Assembly (NCBI GenBank): GCA_963575745.1
Contig: CAUYUJ010000001.1
Span: 186,001 to 250,000, forward strand
Source: Prorocentrum cordatum
Taxonomy: Eukaryota
Length of the DNA: 64,000 nucleotides
Reading direction: 5' to 3'
The first letter of the stretch is position 1, and each line of letters starts with the position of its first letter. Both the position numbers and the translations under genes were made by a program. This document shows positions 13,426 to 25,406 of this stretch, in pieces. The notes beneath the pieces were generated by a model. The model searched no databases. It was given only the letters and a program-made list of their open reading frames with translations, and was not told where the DNA came from.

Positions 13426-15743
13426 TGGACGGCGTGCCAAGTCGCCCCCCTGGCGCGAGAGGCAGTCAGGCCGACGTCGCAGCGCAACTGGCGGTCGACG
13501 GTTTCGCGCCCGCGGCCGCCACTGGGGGCCGCGACTAATCCACGCCATTGGAAGACCTGGACTTGCACCAGGCCCTTGGAGGTCCCCCCGCATTTGCACG
13601 CATCCCTGTCGTTCGCTCCGCCGCCTGGGGCCCCCTGTCCAGAGCCTTCAAAGACGCCGATTTGCCGGCAATTCGCTACCCAGCCGCATTGTGGGCACTG
13701 GTGCATTGCACCCCGTCCCTCCGCGGTATCCGGCGCGATCTCTGCAGCGGAGTCACGCTGGATCGCCTGAGCAGGCCCGCAAGCGCCGCGCGCCACTCCA
13801 CGTCACCTAAGCGCCCGGCGTGGAACGCGAGATATCCACGAAGCACGCTGGCCCACAAAAGCCAAATCAAGCTAGCCGCGATCGCGGCGGCCACCGCAGC
13901 GTGTCGGGCGGCCTTGCTCCGGGAAGCCCACTCCACCGACCGCGACGCGCGGCCCTGGGCTGTCCAATTTCCTGCGCCGCGCCTCGCGGCCGCGCCTTCC
14001 CACCGAGGCCCCATTGGAGGGTGGGCCAGGGGCGCTGCCATCCTGTTCCCGGACGGCCGCGAGGTCCACTCTCCCACGATGGCCCCAGGACGCGCGCCAG
14101 AGGTGACCACCAGGCAGGGCGCGCGGACTGCGCGCTTCATCTCGACGCGCGCCCCCCTCGACCGACGCGCCGAGACACTAAGCGAATCCCCTTGGCTCTG
14201 GCGCCAGCCGATGACGCCCGCGCGCGCTAGAGCGGGGGCGCCAACATGCAGTGGGGCCCCGCGGGGAGGGCGAGGCGGAGGGCCCGGCCGCCTGGGCCAC
14301 GCTGCTCGCGGACAGGCAGGCCCGCGCCACCGCCATGGACGAACCCACCTGGCTAGACGGCTAGACCGCAAGGGGGGGTCCAAAATTGACGCAGCGGCCT
14401 GCGCCGCAGCGACGGCCGGGCTCTACCCGGCGCGGAAAGCGCGGAAAACATCCCCGTCAGACCGCGCCCTCGCGCGCGCTGACCCCGCGACGCAGCCGCC
14501 CACCAGATGGGCCGACGTTCTCACGCCATGGGTTGTATAGCCGCTACCTGGCGAAACGCACGCCGACCTGCGGGAAACGCGCTCGTGCCTTGAACGGGCG
14601 TTTGGCGCCCCGCGGATCGACCTTTCCGGGCCGCCGCAGCCGGCGGACTGGCCGGGCAGCGCTGGGCCCGGCCAGTTCCCAGATGATCACCCCGCAGGTG
14701 CAGCGGCCAATGACCAGCCGGCCATCCGCCCCTCCCAGGCGGCACAACCCCGATGCTGATGCGGCGTCGCCGCGGCTCGGACTGATGGCACGCGGCAAAC
14801 GGCGCCGCCGCGGCGCGCAGAGGCTTCCCGACGCCTGCTTCGCGCGCAGCTGGCGCGTTCGGGTCGATGAGCGGCCGCGGCCCACATTGGGGGGGCAGCT
14901 CTGATACTTGGACCTGGCGGCAGCGCGCCTGGAGCGGGCGGGGAACCGTGCAGGCACATCGCGTCGGGTTGTTTTTGTTCGTCGCGCGCATGCTGGCCAG
15001 CAGCATCTGCGCGGCCGAAAATGACCCTATCTTTCCGGGCGCCATCTCGGGCCCGTCTACACGAGAAGAGCGGCAGGCTTCGGGAGGAGCAGCAGAGCAG
15101 TGGGCCTCCGGGGGCCAGCCACTCGGCACGGCATCGCCGTGCCCAGGGGACGCGCTTCCCTTCGGCGGCGCTCGCGCTGGGCGGGCGCACGCTCCGCCAG
15201 TGGCAATAGTGGTCCTGGATCTCGTGGGCCAGGCCACGTGATCCACGGGTGGCAGAAACATGCGCCCGTCATTTTCCCTACACACGGCAAGCATCAGAGG
15301 GGGAAAAGGTACCCATACCACAAATTACCCTGGCCTCCTGGGAGGCCCTCGTCGCCACTGCTGGATTCGCCTCGACATCCTTGTCAGACCGCACCCCAGG
15401 AGAGGTCCGGGGAGAGCGGTGTTGGTACCTGTTGGTTCCTTCGAACATGGCACGGACGACGAGTTCGTGCCTCCGGTCAGGTGCACGTTCTCATGCGAAG
15501 CAAGTCGTCCGCCTTGCACCCCATTCCCCGTTCCAAGCACCGCCTCCCGGCCCCACCCTCCTGGGAAGCGGCAGCCGGCGGCAGTGGCGGCGCCGCTCGG
15601 CGGAAGTTTCAGCAGCAGCCGCGGCCCAGGCCACGATGCTCTGTGTGGCGCCAGCGGGGGAGGATGACGAGCAGCAGAGGCGCGAGGAAGGCCAACGATC
15701 ACAACGGGACGACCAATAAATAAGTGCTGAATATGACGTGGTA

Positions 15744-15879
15744 CAGTCGAAACCTATAGTCAGGATGGGCGACCTTCCCAAGGGTACCCTTGCATCCTTG
15801 CCTCCTCGGTCCATCCTTAACCCCTTTCGATCGCCAGCCCCGCCCTCAGAGCTTCGACGTGGGCGTCCAGGGGTCTTAC
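15744..15879 (+). mobile_element. truncated copy of the CAGTC-ended MITE at 28109-28281
   Basis: TA|CAGTC…GGATGGGC…CCCAAGGGTACC.TTGCATCCTT is shared with 28109. The right TIR is absent. Confidence 0.65.
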
Positions 15880-17719
15880 ATATGACGTGGTATCGAGCTG
15901 CTTCCGCGCCTGGACTCGAGCGAGCTGGCAAGCGCGCCGCTTCCTGCGCCATCGCAGCAGCCGGAGCAGGTGCGGCGGCACATGGCCCACACAGAGTACT
16001 GTCAAGAAGCTGATAAGGACCACTTCGGGCGCGGGTGTACGGAGGCCGCGTTCTCAGGGCTCATATCGACTCTTCCGATTCGATTCGATTCAATTTCGGC
16101 GGCTTCCGAGTCCGATTCGACTTCGACTTCGGATTCCGATCTGGCTCCCGATTTCTCAACCGAGGCCAATTAGCTTGCCGATTTCCGCCGATTCGTACTC
16201 TCCCGCCACAGCTGCCGATTTCCACCGAACCGATTCATATCGATCGCCGGTCCGTCTTATCGATTCGATTCTAGGCTCTCCTGCGTTCTCGCGCCAATCC
16301 AGCAGCCAGAAGGCGGAAGCAGGACTCGAAGCATCGTTCGGCATACAAGGAGGAGGCCTTGGTCCTGGACACCGACCAGAAACCCGCCTCGGAACCAGCT
16401 ATCCATTCACGAGTCGTTTCTGAGAAGGAGGAGGAGGAGCTTTGAGAGGAGGAGGAGGAGGAGGAGGAGGAGGAGGCGGAGGCAGAGGCGGAGGCAGAGG
16501 CAGAGGCAGAGGCGGAGGCGGAGGCGGACGAGGAGGCGGAGGAGGGAGGAGGAGGAGGAGGAGGAGGAGGAGGAGGAGGAGGAGGAGGAAGCGGTGGAGG
16601 AGGAGGCGGAGGCCGAGTCGGAGGCGGAGGCGGAGGCGGAGGCGGAGGAGTAGGCCCCAGGGCCCCGAGAGCAGCGAAGGCATTCCAGGATCCCCCACTG
16701 TCGTGCCAGTATCAAAGCACCATATGCACACGAGGGGTCGACGAGGGGAGGAGGGAGGAGGGAGTTGTCAAGAGAGAGGAGGGAGGAAGGGAGGAAGGAG
16801 TTCTCGAGGAGGGGAGGAGCTATCGAGGAAGAGGGGGGAAGGAGTAATCGAGGGACGAGGGAAAGAGTTATCGAGGGAGGAGGGAGGGAGGGAGGGAGGG
16901 AGGAGTTATCGGGCCGGAGGAGCTATCGAGGGAAGAGGGAGGAAGAAGTTATCGAGGGAGGAGGGAGGAAGGACTTCTCCCTAGGTCGTTGAAAGCAGGT
17001 ATTTCTGGATTGGTTGATCCCAATCTATGTCAGGCGCCTTCCTACTTCAACGATCGATGGACTTTCCCTTTTCCCTGCTCTTCCTGCGGCGGGCGGGGAC
17101 CCAATCCATTTCCAACGCCTTCCTATGTCATGCTTCTGCCCACTTCTTCCGACCGATGCGGAAAAGTCTAGACCCCGTCCCCAGGGTAAGTTTTCTGTCG
17201 TCGGGCCCCGGAGGCCGAAATCACACAAAAGCGCCCCGATCTGGAAGAGCAGATCGTCGGAGATTGGGGCCCTCAGCGTCACCACACGGTTTCTCCTTGA
17301 TCTCTCGGCCCCACGTTGGCGCGGCATTCCTCGGGCCAGTTCGGTCCTCGAGGGCGCCCGCACACGAAACTGGTGACGAGGCGCTCGTCGTGTGTTTTCG
17401 TTGGGGCTTCTTTTAGATGGCTGTTCACAGCTGTCAACATGAGTCTTGCTGCCACTGTGCCTTCAGCACGAAGTGGAGTGCCCGACAGCGGATGCAATCC
17501 TGAGGAGTGGAGGGTTTCCAGAGTTCCCAAGGGCCTGGACCCCCGGTGCCCCGGACGAGGAGGAGGAGGAGGGATGAGGAGGAGGAGGAGGAGGAGGAGG
17601 AGGAGGAGGAGGAGGAGCTTTGAGAGGAGGAGGACGAGGAGGAGGAGGAGCTTTGAGAGGAGGAGGAGGGGGAGGAGGAGGAGGAGAAGGAGGAGGAGGA
17701 GGAGGAGGGGGAGGGCGGC

Positions 17720-18400
17720 AGCGGAGCAGAGAGGCCACGAGCCTCAGTGGTTCAGAGGCAACCAGGAAGCAGACCTCTGGGCCAAGAGGGGTGCCAAGGC
17801 GCACCCTGCCAACCATCATCTCCGAGATCGCCTTTGGCATCATCATGATCAGGTTACGCTTGTATCCAGGTATATGCTGGCTATTCTCAAGCATGTCCAT
17901 CAGCTGGGTTATCCTAATGTGTCTTCGTGCTCTGAGCGTGCCAAAAGAGAGCCTAGGAATTCGGAGGCCCCGATTCTTGAGATAGTCCCAGATGATAAGG
18001 GTCACGTTGTCTCGCAGGCTCCCGGCGGTGGGTGGGGGTGCAGTGTCTGCGGTGCGTCGCGGGCGATCCGCTCTCGGTTGGTGCAGCTGCCGTGCCCTGG
18101 GGTCCCGAGGGCTGTCTCCCTGGCCGACCCACCCCACCCATCGTCTCTGGCAGAATGGAGGAGTGACCTTGTGCGTGCGCTGCGGGGCGCATGCCCGTTC
18201 GAAGGTCAAGGAATTAGCCAAGAGGTGTTCGGAGCAGCCCGACACCCCATGGAAAGCCAAAGCCCTGGGGATTCTGAAGCAGGGGAAGGACCCCTCGGAC
18301 TCCAAATTGGAGGCGGCCATCCCTGTCCCCCCCAGGCGCTGACTTTCTGTTTCGTTCGGGCAGGCGTTTTGTGTTATCGCGACGACTGCTGAGGAGCGCA
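17720..18400 (+). mobile_element. LINE 3' fragment (end of RNase H plus Cys-rich tail)
   Basis: FRGNQEADLWAKRGA (GNxxAD RNase H motif), CSVCG and CVRCG motifs across a frameshift. Flanked by (GGA)n on both sides. Confidence 0.75.
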
Positions 18401-19341
18401 AGAGCACACGAGGAGGAGGAGGAGGAGGAGGAGGAGGAGGAGGAGGAGGAAGAGGGGGAGCTTTGAGGGGGCGAAAAGTGGGAGTGGATGAAGAAATGTG
18501 CACCTCTTGTGCCCTAGAGGGCACGAAGGGGGCGCACGTTTCTCAGCCCCCCCCGCATCTGGGGAGACCAACAGGTACTCAGACCGCCACTGCACGGCCC
18601 TCTCCTGGAGCGCGTTCTGACCAGGCTTCCGACGCGAACCGAATCCAGCGGTAGCGACGAGGGCCTTGCGGGAGGCATGAAAAGGGGGGACACGATAGAA
18701 AAGCAACAGCATATGGGTGCTTTTTCTGGTTCCCATATCGGCCCCAATGAAATACAGTCGGTGCCCTGAAGAAGGAACCCTTTTGGTTGGGAAGGGGCTC
18801 CGCGTTCCTCAAGTGTTTCACAGCTTGCCTCAGGTGTTCCTCATGTTTTCGACAGGAAATCGAGGTTTAACTTATGGAAAGAAGGGGCCTCGTTCCTTAT
18901 TTAGGGTTCCTTAGGTCAACGCCCCGACTGTAGCGCCCAGTACACGGCCCCTCCTCCGCCGCACCCGCTCCTCCGCACCGGCCCAGGTCGGGCGGGGGGC
19001 TCGCGGCGCGCGGGCGAGGGCGCGCGCGCCGACGCCGCCCCCCAGGAGCGGCAGGAGACGCTGCGGCTCACCGAGGAGAACCAAGGCCGAGGGAGAGGAG
19101 GGGGAGGACGGGGAGGAGGAGGAGGAGGAGGAGGAGGAGGAGGGGGAGGACGGCAAGCTAGGTGCGCTCGCGTCATATCTGACGTCCTACCCCTCCCTCC
19201 CATCCCTTACCATGGCGCTGATTTTCTCTATCCGCGGACGCGTGTCGCAGCGGACCTGTGGCTCCGCGTGCGCGTGCGTAACTAGTGGGTGGTGGTGCGC
19301 GTGCGTGCGTGCGTGCGTGTGTGCGTGGTTGTGGTGGTGGT

Positions 19342-19521
19342 GGTGCTGGTGCTGGTGCTGGTGCTGGTGCTGGTGCTGGTGCTGGTGCTGGTGCTGGTGC
19401 TGGTGCTGGTGCTGGTGCTGGTGCTGGTGCTGGTGCTGGTGCTGGTGCTGGTGCTGGTGCTGGTGCTGGTGCTGGTGCTGGTGCTGGTGCTGGTGCTGGT
19501 GCTGGTGCTGGTGCTGGTGCT
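19342..19521. repeat. perfect (GGTGCT)30 hexamer array
   Basis: Seen directly. Confidence 0.95.
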
Positions 19522-20139
19522 GGGTGGTGGTGGTGGTGGTGGTGGTGGTGGTGCGGCGCGGTGGTGGCGGGCGGATGGGCGCGCGAGAAAGAGGCCCGCG
19601 CTGGGGCGAGAACGCCATCCTCAACGACGGAGGCCAAACACCGATCCGAAAATGAGGCCCACGCTGCAGCGGGAGCACGATTCGGAACGATTCGGGAGCA
19701 GAAATGAGGCCGGCGCCTCAGCGAGAGCAGCATTTTAGGAAAAAACCCAGCGAAAACCCAACTCCGGGGAATCCTGTGTGTAAAAAAAACAGTACGCGGG
19801 GGGGTGCCGAATATCTTCCGGACGCCATCAGGGGAAGTGGGAGAGTATTTTCATATTGTGTAATTGTGGAGGAGGAGGGGGAGGACGGGGAGGAGGAGGA
19901 GGAGGAGGAGGAGGAGGAGGACAGGGAGGAGGACAGGGAGGAGGAGGAGGAGGAGGAGGAGGAGCGCAAGCAGGAGCAGGAGCAGGAGGACTGGGAGGAG
20001 GAGGACTCAGGGCTCGCACCCTGTGTTTTTTTCTTTAAAAAAAAATAAACAGGGAAAGTCACTAGGCTCAAACTGGGTTGTCGGCCCCCGGTTTACAACA
20101 GCAACAATGGTTCCAGCTTGATACTTCCTCACAATGTAT

Positions 20140-21300
20140 TCACAGACCGCGCTCTCGCGCGGGACGTCCTCACAATTTGAATACGAATCGCGCTCTCGCG
20201 TGGGACTTCATCGCAGTTTATTCCGACGATGCGCCCTCGGCGCTCAGGAATCACGCTCTCGCTTTGGTTTGTTTCACGATTTACTTGGGAATCGCGCTAT
20301 CGCTCGGGACTTCTTCGCGATTCATGCAGGACCCACGCTTCAGCAACCCGCCTGCTCGACATGGTCGCCTGGGCCCGCCTTCTCGACCTGCCCGCTATGT
20401 GTTTGCCCACCCGATCAGCCCGTCTGGTTCCACCACTTGTTTTCTGCTCCTTGCCTCCCTCCTAATTTCTCTCGTGCTCATGATTCTCCCTCCCCCTTCC
20501 ACCCGTCTTCTCTTCCCTTGTTTTAGGGGCTGCACTGTATGCACATGGCAGATAAGGAAGATGTACCCCAAGGGGGAACGATCGAAGACGACGAGGGCGG
20601 GCACCGAGGGTTTGGGATATACGTATTGATTGGCACGTGAGCAGATAGGAGCGAACATAATTAAAATGAGTGTTGTTGTTGGTTTTGCTGTTGTTGTTGC
20701 TGTTGCTGCTGCTGTTGTTTTGTTCAATACTCATTGCTTCAGAATAATGATTGCTGATCTCCGGAAACGGTTCCACGCGCTCTCGCCTCGACGCCGGCTC
20801 CCGCTCGAGCGTTGGCGTGAGCCTAAATGGGGGCCCTTGGAGGCCCAGCTACAACGACAACGGCTCTCGCTCGATATTTAGCTCACAATTTGCCCCGAGG
20901 CACCCTGGCCAGAGAGGCCCCCGAACTCAGGAACGGCGCTCTCGCTTGAGACTTCCTCGCAATTCAATCAAGTTGGCGGAGGCCCAGCCACGACGGCAAG
21001 GGTTCCTGCTCGATAATTCCTCACGGTTTACTCCGAGAGCCCCTGGCCAAGAAGCCCCCGAACTCAGGAACGGCGCTCTCGCTCGAGACTTCCTCGGTCA
21101 GTGGCCGACAAGGAAGAGATTCCCCCCGAAAGGGGTTGCAATCGAAGACGGAGTGGGCGGGCATCGAGGGTTTAGGGTATACGGAATGCAAGGCACGAGT
21201 GCCAGTAAGAGCGAACAGTCTTAAAATGATTGTTGTCGTTGTTGCTGTTGGTGTTGTTCATGTTTCTCGTGTTGTTCGTGTTGTTCGTGTTCTTGTTCGT
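20140..21300 (+). repeat. two related units carrying CGCTCTCGCTCGAGACTTCCTC-like subrepeats, each ending in a conserved block and (GTT)n
   Basis: 20565-20720 and 21122-21300 share ATCGAAGACG…GGGCGGGCA.CGAGGGTTT.GG.TATACG…GAGCGAACA…TTAAAATGA. Confidence 0.7.
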
Positions 21301-22055
21301 GTTCTTGGTGGTGGTGGTGGTGGTGGTGGTGGTGGTGGTGGTGGTGGTGGTGGTGGTGGTGTTGGCGTTGTTGTGATTGGGCTGGCCTCCGGCCAGTGCC
21401 GCCGGGGGGGGTGAGACTTGGGGACGTCTTGGAGGTTTCTGGGGCATCTAGGGCGGTGCGAGCGATGTTTCGGCGATTCGGGGCCCTCTTGCATTGTCTA
21501 GGGGGCCTCTGGGGCCTCTCGTGGCTTCCTCTTGGGCTGTCTTGGGCGGTCAGGGCTCCGGAAGTGGAGTTTTCTATACCCCCGTGTCGCTGGGTACCGA
21601 AAAACGTCGGAAATGACGTCGAAAATATCCCGGTGTGCCGAAAAACGTCGGAAATGACGTCGGAAATAACGTGCCCCCCCCCACTGCAGAGCGAAGCTTG
21701 AGCGAGCTCAAGTCCACTCTCTCAGAAACTCACACGCCGGATCGGCGGATTTGTTGTCGTCGTCCCGCCCGAGACTTGGCCCGCGAATCACCCGCGTTCC
21801 ACCCGCGACCCGCCCGTGACACTCCCGCGACCCACCCGCGACCCGCCCGCGAACCACCCGGCGACCCACCCGGCGACCCACCCGCGACCCACCCCGCGAC
21901 CCACCCCGCGCCCCACCCGCGACCCATCCACGACCCACCCTCGACTCTGCCCTCAACCCGCGCGATTGTGGATCGCATTCGCCAGAGTCTCCAAGGAGGA
22001 CTCCATAGAACGTCGCAGGCTGTTGTTTGGAGCAGGGATGGGGGCTTGGCTAGCC

Positions 22056-22213
22056 TTAGGTCGGGCATGTCCCCTTACAGGAGGAACATTCAGAAATAGT
22101 AAAAAAATAGTCGGGGGACGATTTTTTGAGTATGTCCGACTATTTGTGAGTATTGTTTGACTACTCTATGTTTTTCGCCAAAAATCCGCCTGTAGGAGAC
22201 ACGCCCGACCTAA
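22056..22213. mobile_element. MITE family A (158 bp, ~25-bp TIR, 8-bp TSD)
   Basis: GGCTAGCC|TTAGGTCGGGCATGTCCCCTTACAGG … CCTGTAGGAGACACGCCCGACCTAA|GGCTAGCC. An 8-bp TSD is typical of the hAT and P superfamilies. Confidence 0.9.
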
Positions 22214-22621
22214 GGCTAGCCCCGCCCACGCCCGCCGCCGACGCAGGCCTGGAGCGCGACGTGGTCGACCTGGCCAGGATGCTGAAAGAGCTCAAGGCGG
22301 CCGACGCGCGGGGCGCGACGAGGAAGGGCGAGGCGTCGAGAGTCAGGCGACCGCAACACATGGATTAAGCGAATCTAGGGTTGTGGTCCGCCTCGGAGCC
22401 GCGTCCGGCCAATCTCCGGCCTGACTGTTGGGCTCAGTGTCGGAGCGGCCTCGGGGGCTGCCTCGGCCTCCCATGGTCTCCTTGTGCCCCGCGTGGATCA
22501 GGCGATCGAACACATGGAGCAGGGGGGCGGCGTGGATTAGCGACGGGTCCCGTGTCCGTGGGAAGTCGCGGATTCCCGCCGCCGAGCCAGGGCGCGACAG
22601 ATTCGAGGAGGAAGAAACGCC

Positions 22622-22789
22622 AGAACCATAACCGTTTGGCGCTCCGCGCGGATTTCGCGGATCTGCGCTGGGCCCCCCCGGCGGCGCCTCCAGCGCCGCC
22701 ACAGGCGCGCTCCGCGCGCCAGGGAGGGTGGTCCGGCGCAGATCCAAGAAACCCGCGCGAAGCGCCACAAGTTTATGTTTATGGCTTCT
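22622..22789. mobile_element. MITE family B copy
   Basis: Inverted arms CGCGCGGATTTCGCGGATCTGCGC … GCGCAGATCCAAGAAACCCGCGCG. Confidence 0.75.
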
Positions 22790-22983
22790 TTTTTATTCTA
22801 GATACAATCGAAGCACGAGGTCGCAGAGACAGGGTTCGAAATTCGAGGTGCCCAGACGATATCGTCGTCGGGTCTCGCCGGCTTTCTGGCCTCGGGACGT
22901 TTTTCAGCGGCTGCGCCTTGTTGTAAGTCGGACCTGTCCTTCTACAGGAGGGGTATGTTTGAACAATTTTGGAGCATTTTTGG

Positions 22984-23175
22984 TCGATAAAATGAGACGA
23001 TGTTTTCAACGTGGCAATGGCCCCCGAGGAGTTCAGCTAACCTCGGTCTGGCCTCGTCGCTTTAGCGCTCTGGGCCAAAATGCCTACAGTGAAGTGTGCG
23101 CACGCCCCTGCCGTTACGACGGATTCTGCAAATTTGGTCGTCGGGCTTCTGTCGCCCAAGGGCTATAGGGCTATA
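22984..23175 (-). repeat. 3' terminal direct repeat (192 bp), candidate structured RNA
   Basis: Matches 26571-26762 except C23037/A26624. Ends in (GGGCTATA)2 on the + strand. Confidence 0.95.
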
Positions 23176-25406
23176 AACCTCCACCGACCCCAACCAACCT
23201 CCATGTAATATCGCACCACGCTGAGGGTGCTGCTGCCTGGACAAGCATTGAAACTCATTAGTTTGTGCAGCAAGTGGCCTTCTGACAGTCTGAAAGACAC
23301 GCGAGGGGTCTTTAACCCGCTCGTGCCAAACAACCGCTCGGCCTCCCGGAATACGCGGTTAAATTTCGCATGTTCCCATTCTCTGTAGTAGGGAAGAATG
23401 ATAAAGCCGTCATTCGCACGGGATGTGTATTGGGCAGAAGGAGAGGGATGTAGGCTCAAATCGACACCGCCTGTCGCACGAAAGGACTCAGAAAACTGCG
23501 ATATGCAAGCTTTTGCGGCCTTCGCATTGCTATTCAAGGACATGTATCGATGAATCATCGCGAAGGGCCATGCCATGTGCACATGAAAGGGGTGAGCAGA
23601 CGAGATAGAGAGCGGGGTAAAGATGGAAGAAGGCTTCGTGTGGCAGAACGACGAGAGTTTCCCTGACTTTCTCCATTCAGCATCCTTTCTCAGCTCTACA
23701 TCTAGCATCGTGGTTGCCTCGGTCGATCTACTCTCGAGCTCGATTTTGAAAAACCTGCTCCTCTCCATCATGCGTCTCAGAAAGAGTCCGTGCAAGCCAC
23801 TACTGACGTCGCCCCGGAAAATGATGAGACCATCATCTTTGAATCTGCCGTAAAATTTTACACCATGGTGTCTTCGGACATCGGGTCGAATGACAAATGG
23901 GGCCTCAACCATGCTGTGGAAAGCGGCGTCGGCCACTTCGCCCGAACATAGGAGACCCATGCCTGTGCCAAGCTCTACCTTACAAAGTCGATCCGTGCCT
24001 TCAGCACTGATGAGTTGATTGCGAAGGATAGCCAGAAGCAAAATCTCATAAATTCTCTTATCGTCGGCGTCGTCGAGCAGCTCGCTGGATTCATCAACCA
24101 GTTCCTGGTGCGATCCGCTCATGAAAAAATATTTTATATCGAAACGTACGAACACATCGTCCGCATCCACCTCAACATGACCAAGCTGTTTGAGTAGATC
24201 GTGGGTGTCACGTAAAATGTGTATTTGTTGCCTCAACTTTGGCTTCAACATCGAAGACACGTGAACCATGGCGCCGGTCATTGGGTTCCCCGCGCTTGCG
24301 TGAATTGGACGCAACTTTACGTCACCAGCACGCTTGTGAGTTTTAACCGTGTTCTTCAAAGTCGATACCATATTTCTGTATCCATTGTGGGCCCAACTCA
24401 AGACCGAATGGCAATATGAAAAGTCGTTCAGTATTGTACCCACATCCATCACGCTTTCTTTGAAGCTGTCGAAAAATTCCTTTGGGGTGTCGCTCGTGCC
24501 ATCTACCTCACGGTAGTTAGAACCTCCCAGAATCTTGAGACGTGCCTCCAGGAGATGTTATTTAGCCACCAAGCAATATCCTCCATCTTTGTCTGTGGGG
24601 AGAATACCAACCGTGCCGAACTTCAGTATGTCAAGCGCTAGACGGTGAACGCCAGAAACATTTGAAGTCGAGTGACGATGACTGAAAAATCGCCCTCTCG
24701 CTACTCGGCACGCCTGCCAGATGCCATTGGTGATGTATTGCAGATGGGCCTCCACCTGAGGAGACATATTGTAAGGGCATGCAGGGGTGATGCGTCTTCG
24801 CGCTCTCAGGTGCCACCAACGGTTGGTGTCCTCTCCTGCATAAAACAACTTCCACTTCTGACGGTGATACCAATTACTCAGAGATTGGCCGACTCGCGCA
24901 AGGTCAGGGGCCTTGCGTGTTCGCAAGACGTGCTTTCTATGAAGGGTGAGCAAGAATTCAACAGGCCAACATAATACACTTGCTGCCGGGCGGTGAGCCG
25001 TTAGGTTGACCGCGTCCCACATGTATACATCGGGACTCGATTTGCCGCACTTCAGAAGTACTTTGAAATCTGATATGCTCATCCCTCTCACCATTTTCCA
25101 GAATAGCCTTTCCCCTGTTTGGCCTTGCCCTTGCCGTATCCTGCTTTCCCAGAGTTTGATCCTCCTTTTCCTTTTTTGCCACCTTTCGGAGTTGACGTAG
25201 TCGTCGCTTTGCCACCGCCTTTGTCGTAACGGTCGCCCTTGCCCCCAGTCTTGTCGTAACGGCGCTGGGCGTCGGTCTTGCCTTTCTTGCCCTTTGGAAG
25301 GTACTTGCCGTCGTAGCCCTTGCCTTTGGTCTTGCCCTTGCCGTTGCTCTTGGCTTTGACTTTTGCTTTGCCTTTGGACCCCGCCGCCGCCGGCGGGGGA
25401 CCGCCG
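23163..25406 (-). CDS. Penelope-like reverse transcriptase (one in-frame TAA at 24558-24560)
   Basis: ILPTDKDGG, KTHK, LRPIHAS, RFDIK (motif A), GTGMG (B'), GRFKDDGL (C), MLDV, TKP and SAHPFH (PLE thumb). Track ORFs 24558-25820 and 23163-24452 are the same frame, linked by HLLEARLKILGGSNYREV. Confidence 0.88.

Noticed and set aside
10409..13599. His/Thr- and Cys/Val-rich ORFs up to 804 aa
   Set aside because: Artefacts of the (GT)n satellite.
13430..15320. Overlapping GC-rich ORFs
   Set aside because: Stop-poor because of GC content, with no domain signature I can name.
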